This document shows positions 1 through 11,880 of a stretch of 64,000 nucleotides of DNA, piece after piece. The notes beneath the pieces are model-generated. The model saw nothing but the letters and a program-made list of their open reading frames with translations, was not told the origin of the DNA and did not search any database. Source of the stretch: Octopus sinensis (Eukaryota); contig NC_043003.1 of assembly GCF_006345805.1 (NCBI RefSeq), positions 115,692,001 to 115,756,000 of the forward strand. The letters are read 5' to 3'. The stretch's first letter is position 1, and every line of letters begins with the position of its first letter. The translations under genes were made by a program, and so were the position numbers.

Positions 1-1419
1 ATGTGCTTTATAGATTGGTCACCATCTATGCAAACTTTATACAATTGTTTTGCTACTGATGTGTCACTGTATCGGACAGAGTGGTGAGGTAAAAGGGAAG
101 TTTAACATCATTACAGAGACTTTTTAGTAATATGTACTGACCCCAAGTGTGTTCATACAGGGGGTGAATTTCATCTTAAAGGATTCCTCATGCGGCAACT
201 TTGTCGTTATGAAAGGTTCAAAGGCTTTGAATTTGTCAACTAAATTGGAGTCTTTAAATAAAATATTCATAGCAATGTACATCAATGTACATCAGCGATG
301 TACATCAATAGAAATTCGCATTCGTGGGCGAGCATCTCAATATCAAGGGTCATTTTTCGTACATAGACGCCAACATGGCTAACGAAAGAAAGTCACAAAT
401 TTATGCAAAGTAGCGATTCAGTATTGTTGCAGCTCATCTCCAACGTCTGAAGAGGATCTGATTCCTCCATCGACCGACGTGCCAAGCACAAACACTAACC
501 ATCCATTTTCATGTTATTGGCAAAGTACGCAATATCTAGGAAATGACCAAAAGAACCTAGCAAAATTGAAATATCTTTCTCATGAGTTACCTTAGAACAT
601 TTTGAAATATATTAGTGAGACTATGACCTGATTAGAGTCGTGAAAAAAGTTGGATTGTGCTAGAATATATTGTTTCCCTTTTACATCAGAAGATTCGCAG
701 TAATTTTCTGCACATGCCTTCAAAAATTTCCATGAAATCCTGTGTGAAGTGAAAGCAAGAGAGTCGACTTTGGTAAGGAAATAATATTGCTATGACAAGT
801 TTCATAAAATTTGTGGACTACTTGGCAAATACGGGCTGACCTCATCTCAGGGACATTACTTGCAACCGTCATAGCAAGAGATCGTTATCCAATTGATAAC
901 CCGATGAAAACGATAGAAAATATAACTACCATGACCGAAAACAAAATGATTTGATTATTCTTGCACCTAATTGCGACCATTTAGACATTTTTTTTTCTAT
1001 GAAGAATCCTAAATAGTGATATTCTCGCACCTTGCAAAAGCAGAATCTTTCATAATTGCTTTATTCGTATCAAATAAGATATTCACTTTTATAACACTTC
1101 AACATTAATCGGTAAGTATTTCGGACAAGTATCCTTTGAATTTGACATATAATAGCTAAAGCGTTATTGTTTCAACATTATGCAAGTGTTCCATTTATTA
1201 GTTTTTCCCATATAGAAATTGGTTTCTCGATGCTAGAAAGTGTGTGCATAAAGCAAAATATTTATATTAGGTGAAGACTTGATTAATAGGCTGACAGGTA
1301 TGCTACTGGTTCTGGGGAAACGATTCCCAAAGAATGAAATTGAAAGGTTTCCGGTGGGTTTCTGAAGTCAGTGGTCTATTTCAGTTGCACAGTAATGTAA
1401 CGATTCTGCTTGCCAATAT

Positions 1420-1630
1420 TTATCAATGCAGAACCATTAGCACGCTGGGCAAAATGCTTAGCGGCATTTCGTACGTCTTGATGTTCTAGGTTGAAATTCA
1501 GCCGAGACCCACTCTGGCGTTGATCCTTTAAGAGGCTATACAACAAGTACCAGTTGAGCTCTTGGATTAATATAATCGACTTAAACCCTTCCTCTAAATT
1601 GCTGGCCATTTGCCAAAATTTGGAACAAAT
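1420..1630 (+). mobile_element. Old, diverged SINE-C-type copy
   Basis: gcagaaccattagcacgctgggcaaaatgcttagcggcatttcg...aagtaccagttgagc...taatcgactt matches the SINE-C head and core seen at 41106, with many substitutions. Confidence 0.6.
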
Positions 1631-1671
1631 ATTTATCGATGCCAATCCTTATTACGTTTACTATATGCACT

Positions 1672-2064
1672 GGTGGAGGCGCAATGGCCCAGTGGTTAGG
1701 GCAGCGGACTCGCGGTGTAAGGATCGCGGTTTCGATTCCCAGACCGGGCGTTGTGAGTGTTTATTGAGCGAAGACACCTAAAAGCTCCACGAGGCTCCGG
1801 CAAGGGATGGTGGTGATCCCTGCTGTACTCTTTCACCACAAATTTCTCTCACTCTTACTTCCTGTTTCTGTTGTACCTGTATTTCAAAGGGCCGGCCTTG
1901 TCACCCTCTGTGTCGCGCTGAATATCCCCGAGAACTACGTTAAGGGTGCACGTGTCTGTGGAGTGCTCAGCCACTTACACGTTAATTTCACGAGCAGGCT
2001 GTTCCGTTGATTCAGATCAACCGGAACCCTCATCGTCGTAACCGACGGAGTGCTTCCTTCTTTC
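1672..2064 (+). mobile_element. tRNA-derived SINE, family A, full length
   Basis: Head gtggaggcgcaatggcccagtggttagg...gtttcgattccc has Pol III A/B-box-like motifs; 13-bp TSD tactatatgcact at 1659-1671 and 2065-2077; three further near-identical copies in the window. Confidence 0.92.
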
Positions 2065-2402
2065 TACTATATGCACTATTGAGAAGATTTCGAATGACAC
2101 GGTAGTTTGAGTAGCAGATCGGAGTTTTATCCATCAGCTTGTCTGGCTATCTGAACATGTTATGTGACTATCTGAGGGTGAATAGCATCTATGGGATTTG
2201 AAACAAGTGAAATGAGTGACAAAGAAAGTAGAGATAAAATAACAGAATGAAGGATCGTTTCTAAATGAGCGAATACTTTGAAACTTAAGGTTGCACAAAT
2301 AGAACAACCTGCATTCATTTCTCCATTTAAGTTCATATATAAACCCAACAGTCTCAAGAACATATAATTAATATGTTTTTGCTTTTGTTTTTGTTCATAC
2401 TT

Positions 2403-2820
2403 AGGCGCAGGAGTGGCTGTGTAGTAAGTAGCTTGCTAACCAACCACATGGTTCCGGGTTCACTCCCACTGCGTGGCATCTTGGGCAAGTGTCTACTGCT
2501 ATAGCCCCGGACCGACCAATGCCTTGTGAGTGGATTTGATAGACGGAAACTGAAAGAAGCCTGTCGTATATATGTATATATATATATGTATGTGTGTGTG
2601 TGTTTGTGTGTCTGTGTTTGTCCCCCTAGCATTGCTTGACAACCGATGCTGGTGTGTTTACGTCCCCGTAACTTGGCGGTTCGGCAAAAGAGACCGATAG
2701 AATAAGTACTGGGCTTACAAAGAATAAGTCCCGGGGTCGATTTGCTCGACTAAAGGCGATGCTCCAGCATGGCCGCAGTCAAATGACTGAAACTAGTAAA
2801 AGAGTTAAAGAGTAAAAGAG
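2403..2820 (+). mobile_element. tRNA-derived SINE, family B, with internal (TA)n/(TG)n microsatellite
   Basis: Head aggcgcaggagtggctgtgt...gggttcactccc, central microsatellite, tail ...cagcatggccgcagtcaaatgactgaaac + (taaaagag)n; many copies in the window. Confidence 0.92.
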
Positions 2821-3581
2821 ACCTACATCCACCCTGAGAGAAATTAATTATAAATATACATAACCAAACGTTACCGTCATCGATAGGGATTTTGGAAAAG
2901 AACCTTTATTTTTGTAAAAAAGATTGTGCGGGATTCGAGGAAATTCGGCTCACATTTCAAACAGAAATTGCCGTGTAGTAGATGAACCAGAGACAATGAT
3001 TCATGGTTAAAAGCCTGCGGTATTTTGAAACTAATGATTTAACCACACACTTAGCAAATATTTTGTTATATCACCGATCTGCCTAATTCCAGAATCAGAT
3101 ATAATGACGAATATAGTGTTGTTTTCGTAGCTAAATGTCTTTGGCTTAAGAAGTATAGAGATATAGGGACTATGAATAGAATAGAATATGTTACTGTGGA
3201 GGAGAGGATTGGTGATGTTAGTTAAATGATGATAATGATGATGACGATGAGAAGAACCCTCCTCTCGAGTCCTCTGCTGGTTTTTGTGAAAATCATGAAG
3301 ATGATGACGATAATGCGATGATGTCCATGATGAAATCAGCATTAACTTCAATATAAACATTGAAAAGAAACCGAATTTGTTCATTTAAACTAGTAATAAA
3401 TACTGAATATTATTACATATTATAAGCACCAAACAAATGGATTTTGTCTCCTTATATTTCATTATATTTTCAGCAAAGAATATTTCTGTTATTTGTGACG
3501 AAGTTACCGATGCTTACTTGAATTTAACAATGGTTTGTATTGTGCTTTAGATATCAGCTGCACCACCATCGAGTGGTTTCC

Positions 3582-3910
3582 ACACACACACATACACACA
3601 CACACACACACGCACACGCACACACACACAAGCACACACACACACGTACACACACACACGCACGCACACACACGCACACACACACACGCACGCACGCACA
3701 CACACACACACACGCACACACACACACGCACACACACACACTCACGCACGCACACACACACACGCACGCACGCACGCGCACACACACACACACACACGCA
3801 CGCACGCACACACACACACACACATATATATACACATACATACATATATATGTATATGCATATATATGTATATATATAAAGATATATATATGTGTGTGTG
3901 TGTGTGTATA
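3582..3910. repeat. (CA)n/(CACG)n then (TA)n/(TG)n compound microsatellite
   Basis: Directly visible; source of the poly-HT and poly-CV pseudo-ORFs. Confidence 0.97.
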
Positions 3911-6188
3911 ATTTAAAAGAACATGAAATAAATATTTAAAACAAAATCTGCTTCCTGACCTTTGCCAACCGATAGTATCATGGCAGCAGTAATGAATCGC
4001 AAATAACCCAGAATAAAAAGAATACGAAAAGCCAAAAATAAGACAAATATATACAAACTTAGTAATCCATTTAGTTGACTGAGAAAGAGTTAAATTAAAT
4101 TATTTGTTGAAATTAATCTCAGCCCGAAGAAATATTTCAGAATTTCCTCGCTTGCGATCTTTGAAATTGAAATTTAGTGTAAAATTAAAATTCAGACCAA
4201 AATTTCACATTCGCCACAAACCTTTTGGTAACGTTTCATTCTTTAGTTTAGTATCTTTGTTAAATCATGTGATTTAGATTTTTCTTCATTTTTTTATATT
4301 CGTTCTTTATATCTCTGCTTCCCCGCTTTATTCTACAACAGATTTTGAAAGCATTTACCCTTCTATCTCTCAGAGAGATACCTTTGGGGACTTTTCCCTT
4401 TCTCTCTCCCTCGCTATTCCTCTCTCTCTCTCTCCTCTTTCTCTCTGTATCACAATGCATATTTCTTAATCATACTTTCTTCTTCTCAGTATCATTTTCA
4501 CAATTTCTTCTTCTATGCCTTGTATTTTATTTTTCCTCTCTCATTTCAAGATATTATTTTATTTCCACGACTGATTGCTTGAAAACCTTCTTCTCTCTTG
4601 CCTCAAAGTCTTTCTATCTTGCTCTTTTCTCGTCAAGGTTATTTCTTTTATTTATTCTTCATTAATTTCTTTTATTTCTTGGCCGTGTTTTAGTGATCCA
4701 CTCCTTCAGTATGCCACTTTGAATAGAAACCCTTAATTAAATGGAAAACGTAAAGTACTGCGTTTTCCATGAATGAGTCATCGTTGAAAAAGATTTCTGC
4801 CGAGAAAATATAGTCTTTTATATTTGTTGTTTTCAATTTATATGACGAACGCAACGAATCACACACATCCACATACTAGAAACTCATAAACACACAAAGC
4901 ACTGGCAGAAACGCTTACAAATGCGCATGCACATTTGCACACATTTACACACAACCTCACATGCAAACCTTCAAGAACTCATCACGAGACATAATACTTG
5001 GTCAAGCAATCGTAGCTGGAAGAATAACATCAACACCAACAATACACCTAATAACCGTTCCAGTAATTCACAGAAAAAGAAACATCAAGTTTCCTCTTTT
5101 TTTTTGCTTCTAGTTTAACTCTAGATTTGATATTTGAATTGAAGATATCTCCTCTGCTCTTTTTTCGTTACTTGTACAGATCTTCCAAACAAATGAAGCA
5201 GAGAAAAGAGAATAAAAAAACCGGAAACATATAGACATCGAACGCTGATGATTTCTGCTAACGTATTTCAAGCTCCCCAACTAAACGAATTCTTTCTGAA
5301 TTTGTAAAGATATCATTCCTCTAAAATATAGTAACACTTGAAAACGTTTTAAAATTGTCTTTGGTAAATATCTTTCAATATAAGCCGATCTGAAACACAT
5401 GGCATTACAAAAAAATTAATCACTACTTGGTTCGAAGATTAATTTCTTTTCAAAATTCTCGCCAACCACACAAAATATATAAATAACTCCATGTCTAAAC
5501 ATCTGTGAGGATGATTTCTTACAGAAATGGCAACAGATTTTATATTAGGATCCATGCATCGCATACAATCCGATGTGGAATATTTTGCAATTTTAGCAAT
5601 GCTCTAACCTTCTTATGATATTCTACCTGCCATAGCGATAGAACTTAAGCATTCACTTTCATCTATTATTGTTTCATTGGGCCATAATGCTTAATAAGCT
5701 CAAATTTTAGTCAAAACTAGCAACACTGTCAATATAACCTGTAAAGAAATATTATTGCGACATTATACCTTGTGCTATATCAGAGTATCGTAATAACAGC
5801 TTTAAAGTGGGTTCATTGTATAGCAGACAATGGTGTTTAAAATATCTCCATTAATCCAGTGGAACAGGGCTGTTTGTTAATTCTTTTAACAGTAAATGCT
5901 TTTAACAGAAATTTTGTTGTAAATAATGATATTGCGCTAAGGATACACCTACTATCGTTTTGACAAGACGATTAACATGGCAACTTAACAGGTGTGAAAC
6001 TCTACTTGTCGGCACAAATAACTTTTATTGCGTTTGCCAAGGATGTTCTTTTTACAATAGTGGCGACATCTTCGTAATTTTGATTCATTATTGAGGAGGA
6101 AGTCTCATAGTTCAGCATCCCAAATAAGGTATTTCATCAATTATGTGGGTTGGCATTAATATAATGCTATCTCTCTCGGAGAAAACTG

Positions 6189-6827
6189 TTTTACTGTTTT
6201 ACTTGTTTCAGTCATTTGACTGCGGCCATGCTGGAGCATCGCCTTTAGTCGAGCAAATTGACCCCAGGACTTATTCTTTGTAAGCCTAGTACTTATTCTA
6301 TCGGTCTTTTTTTGCCGAACCACTAAGTTACGCGGACGTAAACACATCAGCATCGGTTGTCAAGCGTTGTTGGTGGTGGGACAAACACAGACGCACAAAC
6401 ACTTCGACATATACATATACTCTTTTACCTGTTTCAGTCATTTGACTGCAGCCATGCTGGAGCACCGCCTTTAATCGAGCAACTTGACCCCGGGACTTAG
6501 TCTTTTGTAAGCACAGTTCTTATTCTATCGGTCTCTTTTGCCGAACCGCTAAGTAACGGGGACATAAACGCACCAGCATCGGTTGTCAAGCAATGCTAGG
6601 GGGACAAACACACACACGCATACATATATATATATATATATACATATATACATATATACGACGGGCTTCTTTCAGTTTCCGTCAACCAAATCCACTCACA
6701 AGGCTTTGGTCAGCCCGAGGATATATTAGAAGACACTTTGCCCAAGGTGCCACGCACTGGGACTGAACCAGGAACCATGTGGTTGGTAAGCAAGCTACTT
6801 ACCACACAGCCACCCCTGCGCATATAA

Positions 6828-6858
<31 letters not shown>

Positions 6859-7010
6859 CATACATATACACACTTTCAGTTTCCGTCTAACAAATCCACT
6901 CACAAGGCTTTGGTCGGCCCAAGGCTATATAAGGTACCACGCAGTTGGACTGAATCCAGAACCATGTGGTTGGTAAGCAAGCTACTTACCGCACAGCCAC
7001 TCCTGCGCCT
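6189..7010 (-). mobile_element. Nested SINE-B pair: outer copy (3' half 6189-6420, head 6873-7010) with an inner full copy (6421-6821)
   Basis: Order on the minus strand is head, (TA)n, complete SINE-B, then the remaining 3' half. Confidence 0.82.
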
Positions 7011-7210
7011 ATGTAGGTAATATTTGTACTGATTTTGTATAAATAAAGAGGTGGTTGTTGTAATTATTCATTGCACAAAACAAAACAACATGGATGTTAG
7101 AATTGTCTTAAAGATTAATATACTGCATTGTATATATGCAAAGAAATGTCATTTTATTGGTTATCTCTATTAATTCGTATTAGAAAACATAGAGTGATGT
7201 TTAAGTTAAT

Positions 7211-7477
7211 AGGCGTAGGAGTGACTGTGTTGCTTACGAAGCACATTGTTCCAGGTTCAGTACCACTGCGTGGCATCTTGGGCAGGTGTCTTCTATTAAA
7301 GCCTCGGGCCGACCAAAGCCATGTGAGTGGATTTGGTAGACGGAAACTGAAAGAAGCCCAATCGTGTATATATATATACATATACATATTATATATATAT
7401 ATTATATAGATATATATATATCTATATATATATTATGATATATATAGATATATATTATATATATATATATAATATAT

Positions 7478-7570
<93 letters not shown>

Positions 7571-8047
7571 ATATATATATATTATAATATATATAGATAT
7601 ATATATATATATATATGTATATGTATATTATACACGATGGGCTTCTTCAGTTTCGTCTCTACCAAATCCACTCACATGGCTTTGGTCGGCCCGAGGCTTT
7701 AATAGAAGACACCTGCCCAAGATGCCACGCAGTGGTACTGACCTGGAACAATGTGCTTCGTAAGCAACACAGTCACTCCTAATATATATATATATATATA
7801 TAATATATATATATATGCGGGCGGCTGGCAGAAACGTTTAGCACGCCAGGCGAAATACGTAGCCGTATTTCGTCTGCCGGTACGTTCTGAGTTCAAATTC
7901 CGCCGAGGTCGACTTTGCCTTTCATCGTTTCGGGTTCGATAAATTAAGTACCAGTTACGCACTGGGGTCGATGTAATCGACTTAATCCGTTTGTCTCTCC
8001 TTGTTTGTCCCCTCTATGTTTAGCCCCTTGCGGGCAAAATAGATATA

Positions 8048-8091
<44 letters not shown>

Positions 8092-8270
8092 TTGTGTGTC
8101 TGTGTCTGTGTTTGTCCCCCCCAACAACGCTTGACAAACGATACGGGTGTGTTTACGTCCCCGTAACTTAGCGGAGGCTTGCAACGAATAAGTCCTGGGG
8201 TCGATCTGCTCGACTAAAAGGCGGTGCTTCATCATGGCCACAGTCAAAGGACTGAAACGAGTAAAAGAGA
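7211..8270 (+). mobile_element. SINE-B split at its (TA)n (head 7211-7368, 3' half ~8062-8270), containing an inverted copy of its own head (7631-7781) and a SINE-C (7817-8045)
   Basis: Direct matches to the family B and C sequences elsewhere in the window. Confidence 0.8.
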
Positions 8271-8383
8271 TGTTCAGAATTTCATTTCCCATCTTATGTT
8301 TCGGTAACCTGATAAAGCAGTAAAACTTCTGGAAGACAATATATATGTAATTAACGAACGTACGATGACGTTTAACTGTTATA

Positions 8384-8771
8384 TATTTATATATAAAAGT
8401 AAGGTTTTGTGTCTGTCTACTCCGATTTAGATTCCTAACTACTCCCACATTTTGCGGTGCAGTTTAAACAAAACCGGGTATCTTATAGTCGTGATTCATA
8501 TCGAGCCCTTCTGGGTATTAGCGCGCATCTACGATAAGTCTACGATTTTAAAAATAATTTACCATCGTTTTTTCCATTTTAATGCATATTTTTGTAAAGG
8601 GAAGTAACTCTCTAAAAATGTCTACGATGAGTCAAGGATTTAAAAAAAAATTACCATCATATTTTTTCCATTTTAATGCATTTTTTTTGCTATTTTTTGG
8701 CAATAACTCTCTAAACATGCTTTATAGTTATTTCCCTTACAAATCCGAGCAACGCCGGGCGATAGTGCTAG
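8384..8771 (+). mobile_element. Non-autonomous Helitron
   Basis: 3' hairpin ccgagcaacgccggg followed by CTAG|T; body matches the copies at 38317 and 39708; 5' TC mutated to TA. Confidence 0.82.
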
Positions 8772-8935
8772 TCGTTGATAAAATAAAAGGAATGAAACAA
8801 ATGACCAAAGCGAGATATGTTCGACAAGACGGGAAATTTTAAGTTGATTTTCGTTGGATGTCTTCGTTCAAAACGTTTAGTTTTCACCGTAACAGATACA
8901 GATCAACTGGGAAATAGAATAACTCACGGGGAACA

Positions 8936-9331
8936 TGTTTTGTTGTTTGTTCCTTCTCGAGCCATGCCTGGCTCATAAGGGCCGGTCTCCCAGTTTCCTT
9001 GGCGTATAAGTTCCCCACCTGGACGGGACGCCGGTCCATCTCAGGTGAGCTGCAAGATGCAGGAGGAAAGAGTGAGAGAAAGTTGTGGCGAAAGTGTCAG
9101 CAGAGGATCGCCATTACCTTCTGTCTGAGCCGCGTGGATCTTAGGTGTTTTCACTCATTAACACACACACCGCCCGGTCTGAGATTCGAACCCGCGCAAC
9201 CTCGACCGCAAATCCGCTGCTCTTAGATATTTCACTCATTAACACACACACCGCCCGGTCTGAGATTCGAACCCGCGCAACCTCGACCGTAAGTCCGCTG
9301 TCCTAACCACTAAGCCATGTGCCTCCACCAA
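8936..9331 (-). mobile_element. tRNA-derived SINE, family D (family-A-like 5' part, different 3' module), with an 81-bp internal duplication
   Basis: Minus-strand head tggtggaggcacatggcttagtggttagg...gggttcgaatctc; shares ...ctttctctcactctt with family A, then diverges to ggaccggcgtcccgtccagg...gagccaggcatggctcgagaaggaacaaacaac. Confidence 0.85.
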
Positions 9332-9816
9332 GTGGGGAACACGAGGACACATGGAGAACAATTTCATATTAAAAGTAAAATATTACTTTTACTGAATGAA
9401 TCATTGAAATTTCCATTCATAGAGCAGTATGAAGGTTGAATGTTTTCACAACTGGAATAGGATATCTGTATGTCAGTCAAGTTATTTTCCTAAGAAATAA
9501 AGCGAGAGTACGTCGTTCATGTTATACTCCGCTAAATGAAAGTAGAGTAATATCAATATTGAGTGCGTATATTCGAAATGATCGCAACAAAGAAACTCCA
9601 TTTCTACCGTGTCTTTCTTATATCGAAATTAATGCTAGGACACTTTGCGAATAATTAAAGATAAGTTCATCAAACAAAGAGCAACAATTAATAAGCTTTC
9701 TTCAATTCAACTGTACGGGAATTTCGGAGACATATTGAGCTCATCTTCAGTCTATACAAACACCTACATGGTATGTATGTAATGTATGTATGTATGTATG
9801 TATGTATGTAAGTATG

Positions 9817-9860
<44 letters not shown>

Positions 9861-9864
9861 TATA

Positions 9865-9921
<57 letters not shown>

Positions 9922-9927
<6 letters not shown>

Positions 9928-10393
9928 GAATGAGGTACTCAGAAATTCGGATGGTTTTATATTTACAGATATTTCTTTGTATATTACATGTTTTTATACA
10001 TCATATAACTTATATCATATATCATATATTAGGGCTTTCGTCCATTCTGGGGGATTTTTCAAATGGAACTAAGTTCACACACACACACACACATGCTCTC
10101 TCTCTCTCTCACTTTCCACTCATTCTTCACCCTCTTGCACTATCTTCTATCCCTCCCCACAACTACACACTCAATAACACTATAAAATGGTCAAAATGTT
10201 TCCACAGGAACTTAGGTCCATTTGAAAAATCCACCAGAATGGACGCAAATTGAAAAATCCAACTGAATGGACGAAAGCGCTGTTATATATGATATATGAT
10301 ATAAGTAATATGACGTATAAAAACATGTAATATACAAATAAATATGTGTAAATATAAAACCATTCGAATTTCTGAGTACCTCATTTCTTCTAA
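9922..10393. mobile_element. Foldback MITE with ~150-185-bp TIRs and TA TSD (Tc1/mariner-like)
   Basis: ttaaaagaatgaggtactcagaaattcggatggttttatattt... is the reverse complement of ...aaatataaaaccattcgaatttctgagtacctcatttcttctaa; flanked by TA. Confidence 0.8.
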
Positions 10394-10426
10394 TATGAAT
10401 GCCTGTACATCATCTCCAAACTTCTA

Positions 10427-10474
<48 letters not shown>

Positions 10475-11402
10475 TATATTCGAGTGTGTATGTATGTATA
10501 TGATTTTGCTAAGCGGTGTTGAGTTTTTACAATTCTGTAAATAATAATAATGGTATTTTTTATAAGCTTAAAGCTCATAGCAACCACCGTGCAAATAACC
10601 AAGGAAAACTTTTCTTAGTTATTTGCATAGTGATCTCTATGAGCTTCAAGTTTATAAAAAATATGTATATATGTATACAGGCATATATACACATATATAC
10701 AACGTATACATGTTAAGGTATTATCAACACGTAGGAGAGACACGACATTTAGAGAGGTTACAGAGGCCGTATGTATTGCAACAGACAGACTGAGCCTCAA
10801 CAGAAAACATGAATGGAACAATAACCTCCCTCCACTCCACCTCACTGCACAACATGACGACTTAAAGACAGAATGAGGAGAGAAAGGGAAATATACACAA
10901 TCAGTATAATATATACATTCATATACGCACATACAAGATACACTTACACATATTAAAAACGCAAAATAAATACACAGATAAGCAAATGACAAATGTACAA
11001 TCATTGTTTTAAGCAAACCAATATATACGCACAGACACATTCACACAAACATACACAAGCTCACATAGATAGAGCGGCAAATGCTTATGCAGATAAGGAT
11101 ACATAGCACAGAAAGAGAGAATAGACTAAAGAGAAAAGGGGGAGACACGAGGAATGGAGAGTCGTTGAAGAGGTCACAAGGTGTGTGCCTAGAGAGCTTA
11201 AAGCTTAAACAACGGAAACTAAAATAAGAATAATAAAAGAGTGGAAGGGAAGACAAGGAATGTAGTGCGTGTGCTTAATTGCCAAAAATATGACCTTCCC
11301 CCCATAAAACTATATAAATGCGTACACACCAACATACAAACACACACACACACACACGTATGCACACATATTTAAACATATACATATAGATCGTAAATCT
11401 TT

Positions 11403-11641
11403 AACTTGTTTGACTCATTAGTGAGCCGTCATGCTGGAGCACAACTTTGAAGTATTTCAGTCGAACGAATCTACCCCAGTACTTATTCTATCACCACTTT
11501 CTGCCGAACCGCAAGATCAGAGGGATTAAACACACCATCACCGGTTGTTAAGTGGTGTTAGGAAACAGACAAATATACACGTAGATATGTATATATATAT
11601 ACGGCGGAGTCTTTTCGGTTTCAGTCTACTAAATCTACTCA
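11403..11641 (-). mobile_element. Old diverged SINE-B copy
   Basis: catgctggagcac, ccccagtacttattctatc, tgccgaaccgc and ttttcggtttcagtctactaaatctactca match family B. Confidence 0.65.
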
Positions 11642-11683
11642 TACATACATACATACATACATACATGCATGCATACATATATA

Positions 11684-11719
<36 letters not shown>

Positions 11720-11744
11720 TGTATTCATGCTTACACCTCCCTCT

Positions 11745-11880
11745 CTATTTTGTATCTTATCTAATTTAACTATTGCTTAACCATCTTCTCACCCCGTCTC
11801 CGATGAAGGGATATAATAAATATCCTAGAAACAGCTGCAAGACCTATTTATAAATGTTCTAAAATATACACACCCTTGAT
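11745..11880 (+). mobile_element. Penelope-like (PLE) terminal-repeat remnant with hammerhead-like motif at 11796-11843
   Basis: gtct-ccgatgaa-gggatat..atatcct-a-gaaac-agct-gca-agac; homologous copy on the minus strand at 32860-32960. Confidence 0.55.

Noticed and set aside
383-890. Partly open plus-strand frame (RKKVTNLCK...FHKICGLLGKYG) and a GPCR-like TM1 look-alike on the minus strand
   Set aside because: Several stops, no recognisable motif and no splice support; not distinguishable from chance by eye
1672-1745. tRNA-like sequence (Arg-like TCG loop)
   Set aside because: SINE head continuous with the SINE body and TSD; not a tRNA gene
1807-2010. 67-aa ORF recurring at 38980 and 40645
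   Set aside because: Lies wholly within SINE-A; recurrence reflects the repeat, not a gene family
3504-3911. Six overlapping ORFs (poly-HT, poly-CV)
   Set aside because: Translations of (CA)n/(TG)n. The same applies to all YI-, YLSI-, RE- and poly-L/I ORFs in the track.
5400-6150. Possible piggyBac-like motifs on the minus strand (RNIIIYN, TIIDES)
   Set aside because: Motifs are weak and in the wrong order for a piggyBac catalytic domain
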